Assembly (NCBI GenBank): GCA_964016885.1
Contig: OZ024750.1
Location: 8,680,001-8,744,000, forward strand
DNA: 64,000 nt
Source of the DNA: Eledone cirrhosa
Lineage: Eukaryota
Reading direction: 5' to 3'
This document shows positions 12,791 through 25,632 of this stretch, one piece after another (the first letter of the stretch is position 1; every line of letters begins with the position of its first letter). The translations under genes were made by a program, and so were the position numbers. Below the pieces are notes generated by a model. It was not told the origin of the DNA. It saw nothing but the letters and a program-made list of their open reading frames with translations, and ran no database searches.

Positions 12791-15496
12791 TTTCTATCAT
12801 CTCACTGATACTATCTATCTTTTGATGTTGATCGGTCTCAATTGGTTTGTCCACTAACAATTAAATGTTGCATTCAACATAAGAAAACAGACATTCATAT
12901 AAATTTTATTGGGAAAAATACCTCCCAAGATCAACATTTATAACATCTACATCATAAACAGGTAAAGAATTGTAATTCATTTGGCTGAGTTTGTTCATAA
13001 AATGAAAATTATAAGATAGATAATTGTGTTGATTGTCTAGGTTATAGGAATCTTTAAAATAAAAAATAACTTTCTGTGTACAAATGTTTTTGACTTTATT
13101 TCGTCTAGAAATTTTGGCTGCACATATACGTTAGACGCTTCTCTTGACCTTAAGATAATTCATTGAGAGTAACTATTTAAAGTCTTTAATTGTTGATCAT
13201 AATATGGCTGATCTGTTTAAGTATATATGATAGGTAATGTGCAGTCTTTATGACATCTGCTATTGCTCGGTAAAAGAAAGTTTTATTTGTTGCACTTGCA
13301 CAGCGATGTTCAAGTCGATAAAACGTTCATAAAGGTATGTGTAAAGAGACATTAAAATGTCGTCTGAAAATATTTCAAAATGTCTTTCAATATTTAATGG
13401 ATTTTGATAAATGGACTGACAGGTTTAGAAATGCATTGTTTCCTTTACAATATTAAATTTTCTCTATTTCCATTCACATTGCCATACATTTTGTTTTCTA
13501 TTTATTTTCTAGTTAACTTTTTATAAAAGACAGAAAATATCTCATCTCCAAATGCTGTGTTCTCATGTATTGTTAATCATGCGTTCCTAAATTTTACGTA
13601 TAAAATGAAGTTAAAATTCAAAATAACTTTTAAAAAAGAAGCCTTCCAGATATTTCTTGTCTAAAATATTCCTTTTATTTAAAGCTAGAGAAAACATGTA
13701 AATTTGGTAGTTACCCAAGTAATTTATTTTAACAAGTTTGAGAATTCAAGTGTATTCGTTAAAGAAGAAAGGCGAGAATTTATTTGTAGCATTTTATACA
13801 CATGCTGATAGTAAAAACGTTTTTAAATTAGTTTATCTACTATTAAAGTATGCATGGAGAGAAATTAAAAGATATGGTTGCCAGGATTATGACTAGTAAA
13901 TTATCGAGTACACTATTGATGACACAACAGGGATAATATTTTTTCTCACATAGATCAAAGTCACGTGTGGGCGAAATGATGTGTTGTAAATGTAATCGTC
14001 CTTACTTCTTGGCTTGTAAATTCAAATGAACAGAACTAAGACCTAAATGCTCCTTTATCCCGATGACCTATCACAACAAATGAAATATTGTGACATTATC
14101 ATAAAGCAGGAGTTTGCTCGTTTACTGTGTCTGGAAGATATTTACTTCCTGGTGGTAAGGGTGAAATAGGTTATATTTGAAAAATATTTTAAAAGTTGTG
14201 TTGACAATTGAAGATCCAGTCATGCATGGAGTTTAATAGGTTCATTCTAGTCATAATTTCTAGTAGTGTCTCCTTCTCTCTCCCCATCACTCACTATTAT
14301 CACTGCACGTTAATATTAGATAGATGACTTCAGTGGAAGTAGGGCTGGAGTGTAGACAGTTTAAAATGTGATTGTTTTCACGTCAATTGTTTCAGATTTA
14401 TATATGACTATATATGGCTATAAAAATATTTAATATTCTCTCAAAGAAATATTCTCCTTTTAAAGTTTAAAAATGACGAGACAGAAAAAGCATTCTCTTT
14501 AAAATCAAACGAGAACCAATACTTTATTCGAAAAACCTACCCAGGTATTCTATTAAACTAAAACCTGTTTCAACATAATATAAACACATACAATGTTATT
14601 TTGTAATACTGAATCTATAAAGTGTTTAATGGTTTGAATAAATTATAAAGACTGATATGCATTTATGTTCAATGTTATAGTTTGGTTACACTTGGAGCGA
14701 GAGAAATCGTTCTTTCTAACACTCTCTCTTAATAGCTAAATGTGAAAAATCATTTTGTTTGAAACATAAATTTGTGTAGGTAGGTGAACGTGAAACAATT
14801 TTGTTATAAAAAGATTTTGTTATAGTATCTAAAGCATTAGAATATATTTCTTTTTTTTTTTTTTCTCTATTTATGGTGAACTTCCTCAAGACATAAAATA
14901 CGACCGATGAGTTGCGGTTGTGACTAGAGTTCAATTCTTGGTTTAATCACACGCGGATGAATTATATAGGACATTTTCTGGTCCCAAAGTATATATAAAA
15001 ATGATATATTAATTAGTGCCTAGATTCTTTTAAAGGAAATGTATTTGAATGTATTGAAACTAAGATACTACCGATACACCTGTTATCAACACAAGGGTAA
15101 TAAAGGGAAAAGATACTTCACAAATGACTAGAAAATGAGTTGTGTAAAACTGCGTTAGAAAATGAAATTTATTTAAGGATGAAGAAGAGCATAGTTATAT
15201 TGAACAAAGCTTAACACTCGCTTGTTTTATATCACTGAAGAAGTAACATTGATGGTAAATAACTGCCAAGTGAATATTATAAAATAACACTAACACCTGA
15301 ACAGAAAAAACATACATTCCAAATATAAACCAACCCATCTTAGTTTTGTTACTATTTTTTATTTAATTGATTTTCCCAGAATGAAAAAAAAAACTATATC
15401 AGTTATAGTAAATGCATGCACGTTTTTTTATTATATTCTATTTACGATAGTTGTTTACCCTATATTACATGGGGAAGGATGCGAAAAAAAATTGTA

Positions 15497-15655
15497 TTGG
15501 CCACCGAATTAAAGGATTTCTAATATATCGTTTACGTTCTAAGTTCATATCCCGCTGTGGTTAAGCATTCTCATTTATCCTTTCAAGGTCGATAAGTTAA
15601 AATTCGACAACACACGACCAAAACATCTGGAGTTGTGCCAATGCTGGAAATCAAT
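15497..15655 (+). mobile_element. Diverged SINE family A
   Basis: tttacgttctaagttcatatcccgc..atcctttcaaggtcgataa..ttgtgccaatgctggaaatc. Confidence 0.55.
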
Positions 15656-16618
15656 ACAAAAATACTAACAGTTTTGAGAACATAATTATCTTAATATACC
15701 CTTAATTCACTTGAAAGTTTTCTTTATGAATGAAGATAACTTCAATTATGGAATCATATAAAACAAGATGTATTCCTTGTTGTAATAAAGCTATTTATTA
15801 CTTCTTACTTCCTTATATTGTATTGAATATCACGAGCGTTTGATTTCGGATTAAACATTTTCTTAGAAAGGCACTCTAAGGTTTCTATAACAAGTCGAAA
15901 GCATTCGCAACTTATAATGAAAATTTAAGCTATTCAAATCACGTTTATTCTACTTAACCAATATAGTTAATGTTCCTTCCTTTCTGCTTTGTTATAACAA
16001 TATGCTTTTTCAGAACGTAGGTTCATAGAAAACGATTACAAGGAATCTCAAATATATCTTTTGTTTTAAATCCTATTTTCTGCTTTTTCAGCTTTCTCTG
16101 AATGTGTGAGGCTTCTCATTGTTAGTAGTAACTTTACTATTATACCCAAACATACAGCTTGGAATATCTTCGAGGATTATGAATACAAAACTTAGTTTCG
16201 GTGAAATATTTTTTTTTTTTTAAAGAAGTTTTTGAAATGTCTTATAACATTGACCATTGCATTTTACTTCTCCGAGAACACATATTTTATTTCGTTTTGT
16301 ACAGTTTATAATGTTTATTACTTCTCTTTATCGTGTATTGGGCCCTCACATCTAGTAGGAATTTGTCTTGAGAATCCAAAGCTGGCAGGACGAATTCTTC
16401 CCCAGTTCTAGACACGTTACTTTATATATATATATATATACACACACACACATACGTGTGTGTGTGTGTGTGTGTGTGCGCATGTGTGAGCGTACGCGCA
16501 TGCGTGTGTCCGCTTACTTTAGATCCGTACATCAGATCACTGCTACCTTCTACTTTTCTGTCTACGGAGGGGAGGTTTGGTTGATATACCACCTCGGTCT
16601 TCTTAATGCTGATTATTA

Positions 16619-16655
<37 letters not shown>

Positions 16656-16659
16656 TAGT

Positions 16660-16875
16660 GAAGGCGTGTGACTGAGTGGTTAGATAATTGGATTCTCAAT
16701 CGTGAGGTTGTGAGTTCGATTCTCGGACCGGGCGATGCGTTATGTCCTTGAACAAGACACTTTATTTCACGTTGCTCCTTCTACCTGGAGTTGCGACCGA
16801 TAGATAGTATTAGCAATTGGAAAGACCAATGGGAACATTGTTTCCTCAGTCCGATTTGACGAATGTCGATCGTTC
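16660..16875 (+). mobile_element. tRNA-derived SINE family B (CORE-like central region), tail type 1
   Basis: A box tgactgagtgg, B box gagttcgattc, tgtccttgaacaagacactttatttcacgttgctcc; same 3' part at 51644 and 58031. Confidence 0.85.
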
Positions 16876-17231
16876 CTTATATATATATATATATATGGAA
16901 TGTAGAAAAGTGACACACGAGTTGATATATATATAAACAAATAGTAAAAAGGTATAAAATTCAGTAGAAAATGGTGCAAGGATTGTTTTCAGTATAATAT
17001 GAAAACATTTATTTATAAAGTGGAGATTTCCGCATTTAATCGTGATACCGGTTTCAGTATTATATTCTTTTTCAACGGTGGAAGTGTAAAGTGCAGTTAA
17101 ATTGCTTATTTATACGAATAATAATAAAATGAAGAAGAAAAATTATTACTTATTACATACATATTTAGAAGGGAAACTTCATGTACGAAGCTCCTTTTCA
17201 ATCTCTGCCTGTGTTGACCAACAAAGACCTC

Positions 17232-17684
17232 CGTCTCTGTCTCTCTCTTTCTCTCTGTCTCTCTCTTTCTCTCTCTCTCTCTCTGTCTCTCTCTGTCTCT
17301 CTCTTTCTCTCTCTTTCTCTCTCTCTCTCTCTTTCTCTTTCTCTCTCTCTCTCCTGTCTCTCTCTCTCTCTCTCTCACTGTCTCTCTTTCTCTCTCACAC
17401 TGTCTCTCTTTCTCTCTCTTTCTTTCTCACTCTCTCACTCTCTCACTCTGTCTCTCTTTCTCACTCTCTCACTCTGTCTATCTCTGTCTGCCTCTCCCGC
17501 TCTCTCTCTCTCCCGCGCTCTCTCTCCCGCTCTCTCTCTCCCGCTCTCTCTCTCTCCCGCTCTCTCTCTCTCCCGCTCTCTCTCTCTCTCCCGCTCTCTC
17601 TCCCGCTCTCTCTCTCTCTCTCTCCCGCTCTCTCTCCCGCTCTCTCTCTCTCTCGCACTCTCTCTCTCTCGCACTCTCTCTCCT
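17232..17684. repeat. (CT)n-rich compound microsatellite (CT, CACT, CCCGCT variants)
   Basis: About 450 bp polypyrimidine tract. Confidence 0.97.
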
Positions 17685-17939
17685 CGTATATCTGTTCTTC
17701 TGCAGTATTCTATTCTATTATGTAATGTTTATTTAAACCACTTCTGCATTACCTTTTTGTTAATTATATTTCTTTCTCACTTCCTGCCGTCCATTATCTT
17801 CATATAATACCAACCTCTGTTGATAAACGTTTAATTTCCATTTTTATTTCTTATTTCTTTATCTTGATATTTGCCTCCTACGGAAATCAACTGTAATCAT
17901 TAATTGCAAAATACAACGAACACGTCTACTCTTTTCTGT

Positions 17940-18282
17940 CCTTCTCTCACTTGCTCTCGTTCTCTCGCTCTCTCTCTCTCGTTCTCTCTCGTTCTCTCTC
18001 TCTCGTTCTCTCTTGCTCTCTCTCTCTCGTTCTCTCTTGCTCTCTCTCTCTCGTTCTCTCTCTTGCTCTCTTGATCTCTCTCTCTTGCTCGCTCTCTCTT
18101 TCTCGCCCTCGCTCTCTCGCTCTCGCTCTATTGCTCTCTCTCTCTCGCTCCCCCCTCTCTCGCTCCCTACTCCTCCTCCTCCTCTCTCTCCCTTCTCCTC
18201 CCCCTCTCTCCTCCCCTCTCTCTCTCGCTCCCTACTCCTCCCCCTCTCTCCCATTCCCTCTCTCTCCCTCGCTCTCCCTCTG
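17940..18282. repeat. (CT)n-rich compound microsatellite
   Basis: About 340 bp polypyrimidine tract. Confidence 0.97.
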
Positions 18283-19152
18283 AATATGTGCTTTTTTTCT
18301 ATTTTTCCATCACCCTCTCTATATATATATATTCACCTTTCTATATTTATTCCTTATTAATAACATCTAAAATAAAATGAAAAGTTTTGCATACAAATAA
18401 CTTAGTCGTTTTATTTTCCTTCCATTTCAATTACAAATTTTCTCGTCTTTTTAATTATCCCATGACACAAAGAATTATATTATTGTCATGTTGTTCTGTT
18501 GCCACTAATTTGGATTTTCTTAAATATCGAATACTTAAATATATCCTTACAGTCATAACCAAGGATTTTATTTTTAAGATTTTATGTTTATTTTTATATA
18601 AAATTTTTATAACGTTTTCAAACCTGATAATTACTTTTATTTTGTATAAACTATTAATTAATACTGGAATAAATCACCGGGTTATTATCTAACAATATAT
18701 TACGCCACACAGTATTATCCACGGTAAATGCACTTCGTGTTTAAATTGTTGTAAAACTTAGGTTACATTGATTTTTGTATAAGGGATGATCATGAAACCG
18801 ACTTTCACGTTCAGATTGTGCTGTTCTTCTTCGTCTTGTTGCTGTCTCCACACTTGTTTTTACTGGAGTGGTCGTAGGAGCAGAGACCAGAGTGTCCTAT
18901 CAAGAGTAACCGTCGCCAAATGATACAGCTGGAACCCCTTAAAAGAACAACAGAGTATGTGGCTGTTATCCAACTATATTTTGGTTTGTATGTGTGTGTG
19001 AATCTAACACACACTCACGTATATATGTATGTGTGTATGTGCATATATATATATTTGTGTGTCTCTGTGTGTGTACATATATATTAAGGTGCAAATAGGC
19101 GGTATGCAGAAAAGCACTCGATGTCAATAGTCTTAATATATATATATACACC

Positions 19153-19200
<48 letters not shown>

Positions 19201-19202
<2 letters not shown>

Positions 19203-19353
19203 CACTGATTAATAAACAAATCTTGAAACAATCCTAACTGACATTCTCAACTCTATAGTATATTTATGATATATTCAGAGGGGAAAATAAATATACTATA
19301 GAGTTGAGAATGTCAGTTAGGATTGTTTCAAGATTTGTTTATTAATCAGTGAC
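19201..19353. repeat. Perfect 67-bp inverted repeat with 19-bp spacer
   Basis: 19201-19267 is the exact reverse complement of 19287-19353. Confidence 0.95.
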
Positions 19354-19613
19354 GCTCACTTAACCTGTCATGTAAACTTTTCTTTGCTGAATCCATGTAA
19401 ATTTTAATTCAAGATTCAGTTGCTTAAAGCGAATGTCAAATTAGATTCTGTTATGACACCGCATTCATTTTCTCTTCGATATTAATATCAAGTATTTTAT
19501 TTATCTTTCTTCTTATTATTATGGCTGCTTACTTAATCATGAGATAGTATTAAATTCGCTTTAAATTATCCTACTCTCATATTTATATGTGCGTTTGTGT
19601 ATGTCTATATAAA

Positions 19614-19657
<44 letters not shown>

Positions 19658-19695
19658 AATATATGTGTGTGTGTATATATATGTATATATATGTA

Positions 19696-20310
19696 TCCAC
19701 TGGCACGCAGCTAGACAATAATAGCCTACGCATTGGCGTTTCCTTGAGGCTCGGCCTCCAGATCTGCGAGCCACACCAATGTCACCGTGGACCCTTTCGG
19801 CCTCCACCCGCTTTCCTGTCGCGACAGTGCCGGCCGCCTTCCACGCCATGCTGCCCTCAATGAGGTCATAAAGCATGGCTTGGACGCCTCAGGTTTCCCT
19901 TCCCAGCTCAAGCCGGTGGGGCTGGACCGAGGGGACGGCAAAAGGCCAGATGGCATGACCATCTTACCGTTCCGCTGTGGCAAACCCCTCGTCTGGGATG
20001 CCACTTGCACCGACACTTTCTGCAGTCGCAACCTGGTGCAGTCTGCGATTAACCCGGGTTCTGCTGCACGTGGTCGGGCTGAGGAAGCTAAACTCCTCAA
20101 ATACCGGTCGCTCTCCGACAGGTTTGCGGTTGTAACCCTGGCAGTGGAGACTTTTGGTGTCCTCGGCCCCAGGGCTACCTCCCTACTCACCCCCATAGGT
20201 GCTGAGCTGGCCAGCCGCAGGGGTGAGCCCCGTGAGTTGGAATGGCTTTTCCAGCGCGTCTCCCTTGCCGTCTTCCGGGGAAACGCCTTCTCCATTCTGA
20301 CCGCCGGGGC
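19696..20310 (+). mobile_element. 5'-truncated CRE-clade non-LTR retrotransposon (zinc knuckle + restriction-like endonuclease)
   Basis: GC-rich island encoding LRIGVSLRLG..CEPHQC, then (frameshift) DPFGLHPLSC, RHAALN, KRPDG, LVWDATC, AEEAKLLKY, AVETFG, FQRVSLAVFRGNA. Confidence 0.85.
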
Positions 20311-20448
20311 GTATCATTCCATATTTAGTTGTGGTCGGTGTGTGTGTGTGTTTATATATATTACTTTTATTTTCATTCAGCATCATGTCATTCTTAATAG
20401 AATATTAGTCTACGACTTCATTTATACCATATACGTGGTTTTGTCTTT

Positions 20449-21025
<577 letters not shown>

Positions 21026-21324
21026 TATTTTTGCCTACCTTAAGAAGCAACAGAACCCTACTCTGATTAATTGATTGTCTATAATTATATTGATCGGTTA
21101 CTGTTGTTTACATTTCCAAGGATGTTGAAGTTAATAGCATAAATCAGATGACATGCTGGACTATAATTAAACATGTTCCTTTCTTCAGGATGGTGTTAAA
21201 ATCTCACAATATCATTGAATACCAAACTAATGCCAGCCATTTGTCACCAGTTTCTTGTAATTGAGAGACAACTTTGACATCACCAATCTCCAGTAACACA
21301 AATGACATCTGTTGCTGCAGCTGC

Positions 21325-22300
21325 CTCGTCTTCTTCTTCGTCTTCTTCTTCGTCTTCTTCTTCGTCTTCTTCGTCTTCTTCTTCGTCTTCGTTTTCTTCT
21401 TTTCACTCTTCTTTTCGCTCTTCTTTTCGCTCTTCTTTTCACTCTTCTTTTCATTCTTCCTTTCACTCTTCTTTTCGCTCTTCTTTTCATTCTTCCTTTC
21501 GCTCTTCCTTTCACTCTTCTTTTCGCTCTTCTTTTCGCTCTTCTTTTCGCTCTTCTTTTCGCTCTTCTTTTCACTCTTCTTTTCATTCTTCCTTTCACTC
21601 TTCTTTTCGCTCTTCTTTTCATTCTTCCTTTCGCTCTTCCTTTCACTCTTCTTTTCGCTCTTCTTTTCGCTCTTCTTTTCGCTCTTCTTTTCGCTCTTCT
21701 TTTCACTCTTCTTTTCACTCTTCTTTTCATTCTTCCTTTCACTCTTCTTTTCACTCTTCTTTTCATTCTTCTTTTCACTCTTCTTTTCATTCTTCTTTTC
21801 ACTCTTCTTTTTATTCTTCTTTTCATCTTCTTTTCATTCTTTTCATCTTCTTTTCATTCTTCTTTTCATTCTTCTTTTTATTATTCTTTTTATTCTTTTT
21901 TTTATTCTTCTTCTCATTCTTCTCATTCTTCTTCTCATTCTTCTTCTTTGCCTTCTCATTTTTCTTTTCATTCTTCTTTGCCTTCTTCGTCTTCTTTGTC
22001 TTCTTCTTTGCCTTCTTCGTCTTCTTTGTCTTCTTCTCATTCTTCTTTGCCTTCTTTGTCTTCTTCTCATTCTTCTTTGTCTTCTTCTTCGTCTTCTTTG
22101 CCTTCTTTGCCTTCTCATTCTTCTTTTCATTCTTCTTTGCCTTCTTCGTCTTCTTTGTCTTCTTCTCATTCTTCTTTGCCTTCTTCGTCTTCTTTGTCTT
22201 CTTCTCATTCTTCTTTGCCTTCTTTGTCTTCTTCTCATTCTTCTTTGCCTTCTTTGTCTTCTTCTCATTCTTCTATGCCTTCTTCGGCATCTTCCTCTTC
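21325..22300. repeat. TCT-derived low-complexity array with 12-bp units and 132-bp higher-order repeat
   Basis: Units tc(a/g)(c/t)tcttc(c/t)tt at 21400-21830; mixed 9/12-bp units at 21910-22280. Confidence 0.95.
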
Positions 22301-23085
22301 GCCTATTTATTCAATGCAGAGTCTTGCCAGCAGCAACCCTCTCAAGTGATTCAACTAGGACCACACATGTTATCCACTCATCTTACTCGGAAATTATACA
22401 CGGTTTGTGATTGCAATTGTGAAATCCTTTCCTCATTCCATGTTAAAAGAACTGATTGACGATGTCGACTGCATTGTTAATAATCCATCTATATATACTT
22501 CGACGTAACCCTAGCTTCTGGTCAACAAAACACAAAGCCACTCATGAGAGACATAGTGAATATCTTAACAGTTGTCACTATTTACAGACGTACACAATGA
22601 CGTATTTTATAACACATCATAGTTTCTAGCCAACTTTTATCTTACGAAGTTAGACTTACTCAAACAAAACCACATATAACAACACCACGCCACCTATATT
22701 TTCCAAGTATGTATGTAAGTATGTATGTATAAGAGCTTCACATTTCTAGTAGTTTCTAGCGAATAAATAATTTCATAAAACTTTCGTTACGATGTCACCA
22801 GAATGTGATTAATAAATTTTTGAGAGATAATGAAAGAACATGATTATTTCCGCGTTCTCTCTCAAAAGATATGAAGATTGATTTTCCACCAACATCTAAT
22901 GTCATTACTAGATCCCATTCTATCTAGTTCGTGATATTAAAAGAAAGTGTCTCTCTCTATATATATATATCTATATCCAGAATTAAGATAAATCAAATGA
23001 ATTTAATCCAAATCAAAATTATGGGTGTCATGCCAGAATATCTCTCTATATATAAAATGTATACACACACACACATATATATATA

Positions 23086-23191
23086 TCCCACCGAGGTAAA
23101 CTTTGCCTTTCATCCTTACGGGGTCGATAAAATAAAGTACCAGTAACGCACTGGGTAATTACTGGCCTTGTGCCAAAAGTAGAAACAATTA
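23086..23191 (+). mobile_element. 5'-truncated SINE family A (short variant)
   Basis: Consensus 3' half, inserted in (TA)n. Confidence 0.9.
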
Positions 23192-23324
23192 TATATATAT
23201 ATATAATGTATATATACACACACGATATATATATATATATATATATAACAAAGGAAATGTGGTAAGGAACCAGATGAACCATAACGCACCAGAGTACTCA
23301 ATACTTCGGGTAGTAGAGTGGGAA

Positions 23325-23447
23325 ATAGGAAAAAGTATGACCACGACGGCAGAGCTCAAGCCCTTTCGACGGCTATTTCTGGACTCAGTCCAGAAATACC
23401 CGTCGAAACGGCTTGAGCTCTGCCGTCGGGGTCATACATTTTCCTAT
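23325..23447. repeat. 123-bp near-perfect GC-rich palindrome
   Basis: 61-bp arms, 1-nt centre, 4 mismatches. Confidence 0.95.
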
Positions 23448-23486
23448 AACCCGCACGCACGCACACACGCACACACACATACATAC

Positions 23487-24086
23487 ATGGTGGCTGCCAA
23501 CTCGTTTTTGAGTTCGGCCACTACTTTATATCCATGTAGGAGAACCCCTACCGATGCGCTGAACGAGTGTGACTTTTTAGTCCAGCCAGCGACTTGAAAA
23601 CTCTGGTACAAAAACTACACTTGTGACAATTATTGACACATAGTGCTGGTCCCATGGTACCATGTGACAAGTGCAGAGAGATCTCCAGATATAAAGCAAT
23701 GCCTGTGCCGTGAAACTTTTATGGTGAGCAAAGGCACTGCACAAAGCCAGTCCCACTCTCTTTACCAAGATGATATTTACCAAAAAGAAGAACAAGTCAA
23801 CATCATTGGATACCATCAGGGTTGCTGGTGTTATATCAGAGTTTTCTTTCTCCTAGAATTCTGCCTTGACAAAGTCTAAGGGGTCATCTCTCCCGGTGAT
23901 TTTGGATGGCCATTGACTCTTAAGAGCTCCTTTGACAGGTTTTGTTTTTAGTCCTGCAGGATGTCCAGTCACCCTCCTCACCAAGAAACCTTGGTGGGGT
24001 TGCCAGTTTAGTCGCCAACGACTCGACCATGAGACAGGTTGTACTGGGATACATGTTACCAGTAGCACCAACTGGTGACCTGACAT
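23487..24086 (-). mobile_element. Non-coding ~600-bp retroelement (RTE 5'UTR-like) with putative 5' HDV-like ribozyme, copy 1
   Basis: Highly similar end to end to 54538-55148; ends in gcagccaccat+(GTAT/GT)n; embedded in CA microsatellite. Confidence 0.8.
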
Positions 24087-24204
24087 ATCTACACACACAC
24101 GCACACGCACGCACGCATACGCATACGCACGCAGGCACACACGCACACGCACACGCACGCACGCATACACATACGCACGCAGGCACACACGCACACGCAC
24201 ACAC

Positions 24205-24248
<44 letters not shown>

Positions 24249-24384
24249 ATATATTTCTCATGTTATCTCAATTACTTTCTATGGTTTCGGCATATAAGGT
24301 TCCTTATTTACTCTGTTGTAATATTCATGTCCTACAGATTTGTTTTAATGTCGTATTTACTCCTTATTATTTTGTGATATGCCA

Positions 24385-24602
24385 GTGGATTGGCAGTATC
24401 GGTAGAGCGTCGGATAATATGCTTTGTAGCATAGACTTACGGTCCTTTATGTTGTGAGTTCAAATCCCGTCGAGATCAGCTTTGCCTTTCATCCTTACGG
24501 GGTTCGATAAAATAAAGCACCAGTAAAGCACTGGGGTCGATTTAATCGACTTTCCCCTCCCCTTCAAATTGATGGCTTTTTACCTAAAGTAGCAACAATT
24601 AT
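24385..24602 (+). mobile_element. SINE family A (long variant)
   Basis: Full head and tail; imperfect TSD attttgt(g/c)ata(t/c)gccag. Confidence 0.92.
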
Positions 24603-24609
24603 TTTGTCA

Positions 24610-25237
24610 TACGCCAGGCGTGGTTGAAAAGTTCATAGGCTGACCAAGATACTCTCATGGAATGCGACCAAAGGAAGTTTATTTTTCAACATATTCCCCC
24701 TTGCGGTTCACAAACTTCTTCCACCGGTGTTGCAGACATTCTGATTGCAGATTTTCTCATCTTTCTCGTGGGATATGCTAATAGCATTGGCTTGTTGATT
24801 TAAAGCCATTCGCTTGTCATCGATCATTATGTGGTGAGCACGATCAATGTTGCCCTCGGATGTGGCAGTGGCAGAACGTTAAAACCTTGGGTCATCTTCA
24901 AGACTCTCTCTTCTGCTCCTAGATTCAGCTATCCACTTTTCCACTTTTGATAAAGCTGGTGTATAATCCCCTAAAGTAGCGACCATCTGCATGAATGTTC
25001 TTGGAGGCTAAACCCTTTTTCTGCATGTACTTGATAGCACCGCGATGCCGAATTGTGTCCATTTTCAAGAGAAGTTTTTATTTTTGAAGTCTTCTTTGAA
25101 CAGTCAAATGTCAGTCTACCTTGAAAGAGATAATGCAATTACTAATACGAAGTGCTGAAATTAATGCATGCAAGATCTCACAGCTCTAGCATCACTTTTT
25201 TATAGGTAGCCTATGAACGTTGCAGTTCACCCTAGTA
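24610..25237 (-). mobile_element. Internally deleted mariner transposon
   Basis: TIR-like ends gtggttgaaaagttcataggct / agcctatgaacgttgcagttcaccctagta; minus-strand transposase N-terminus MDTIRHRGAIKYMQKKG..KWIAE..RESLEDDPR. Confidence 0.85.
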
Positions 25238-25254
25238 GATATATATATATTACA

Positions 25255-25632
25255 TCTATCTCTCTATCTCTCTCTATCTCACTCTCACTCTCTATCTCAC
25301 TCTCACTCTCTATCTCACTCTCACTCTCACTCTCTATCTCACTCTCTCTCACTCTCACTATCTATCTCACTCTCACTCTCTCTCTTACTATCTATCTCAC
25401 TCTCTCTCTCATCACTCTCTCTCACTATCTATCTCACTCTCTCTCTCATCACTCTCACTCTCACTCTCACTCTCTCTCACTCTCCCTCTCTCACTCTCTC
25501 TCCCACTCCCTCTCTCACTCTCTCTCACTTTCTCCTATCCCCCCTCCCCCTCTCTCTATATCTCGTCTCCCCCCCTCTATAAATCTCCTCTCCCCCTCCC
25601 CCTCTCCCTCTCCCCCTCTCTTTCTCTCTCTT
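25255..25632. repeat. (CT/CACT/CTAT)n compound microsatellite
   Basis: Directly visible. Confidence 0.95.

Noticed and set aside
16660-16735. Functional tRNA gene
   Set aside because: A/B boxes are present but it continues into a SINE body, with no clean cloverleaf or T-run terminator.
21227-22268. Protamine gene on minus
   Set aside because: Pure repeat translation, broken between the two halves, with stops immediately upstream; kept only as a low-level finding.
23259-24457. ORFs conserved between 23.5 kb and 54.5 kb
   Set aside because: Conservation reflects repeat copies; indels shift frames and the diverged third copy does not keep them.
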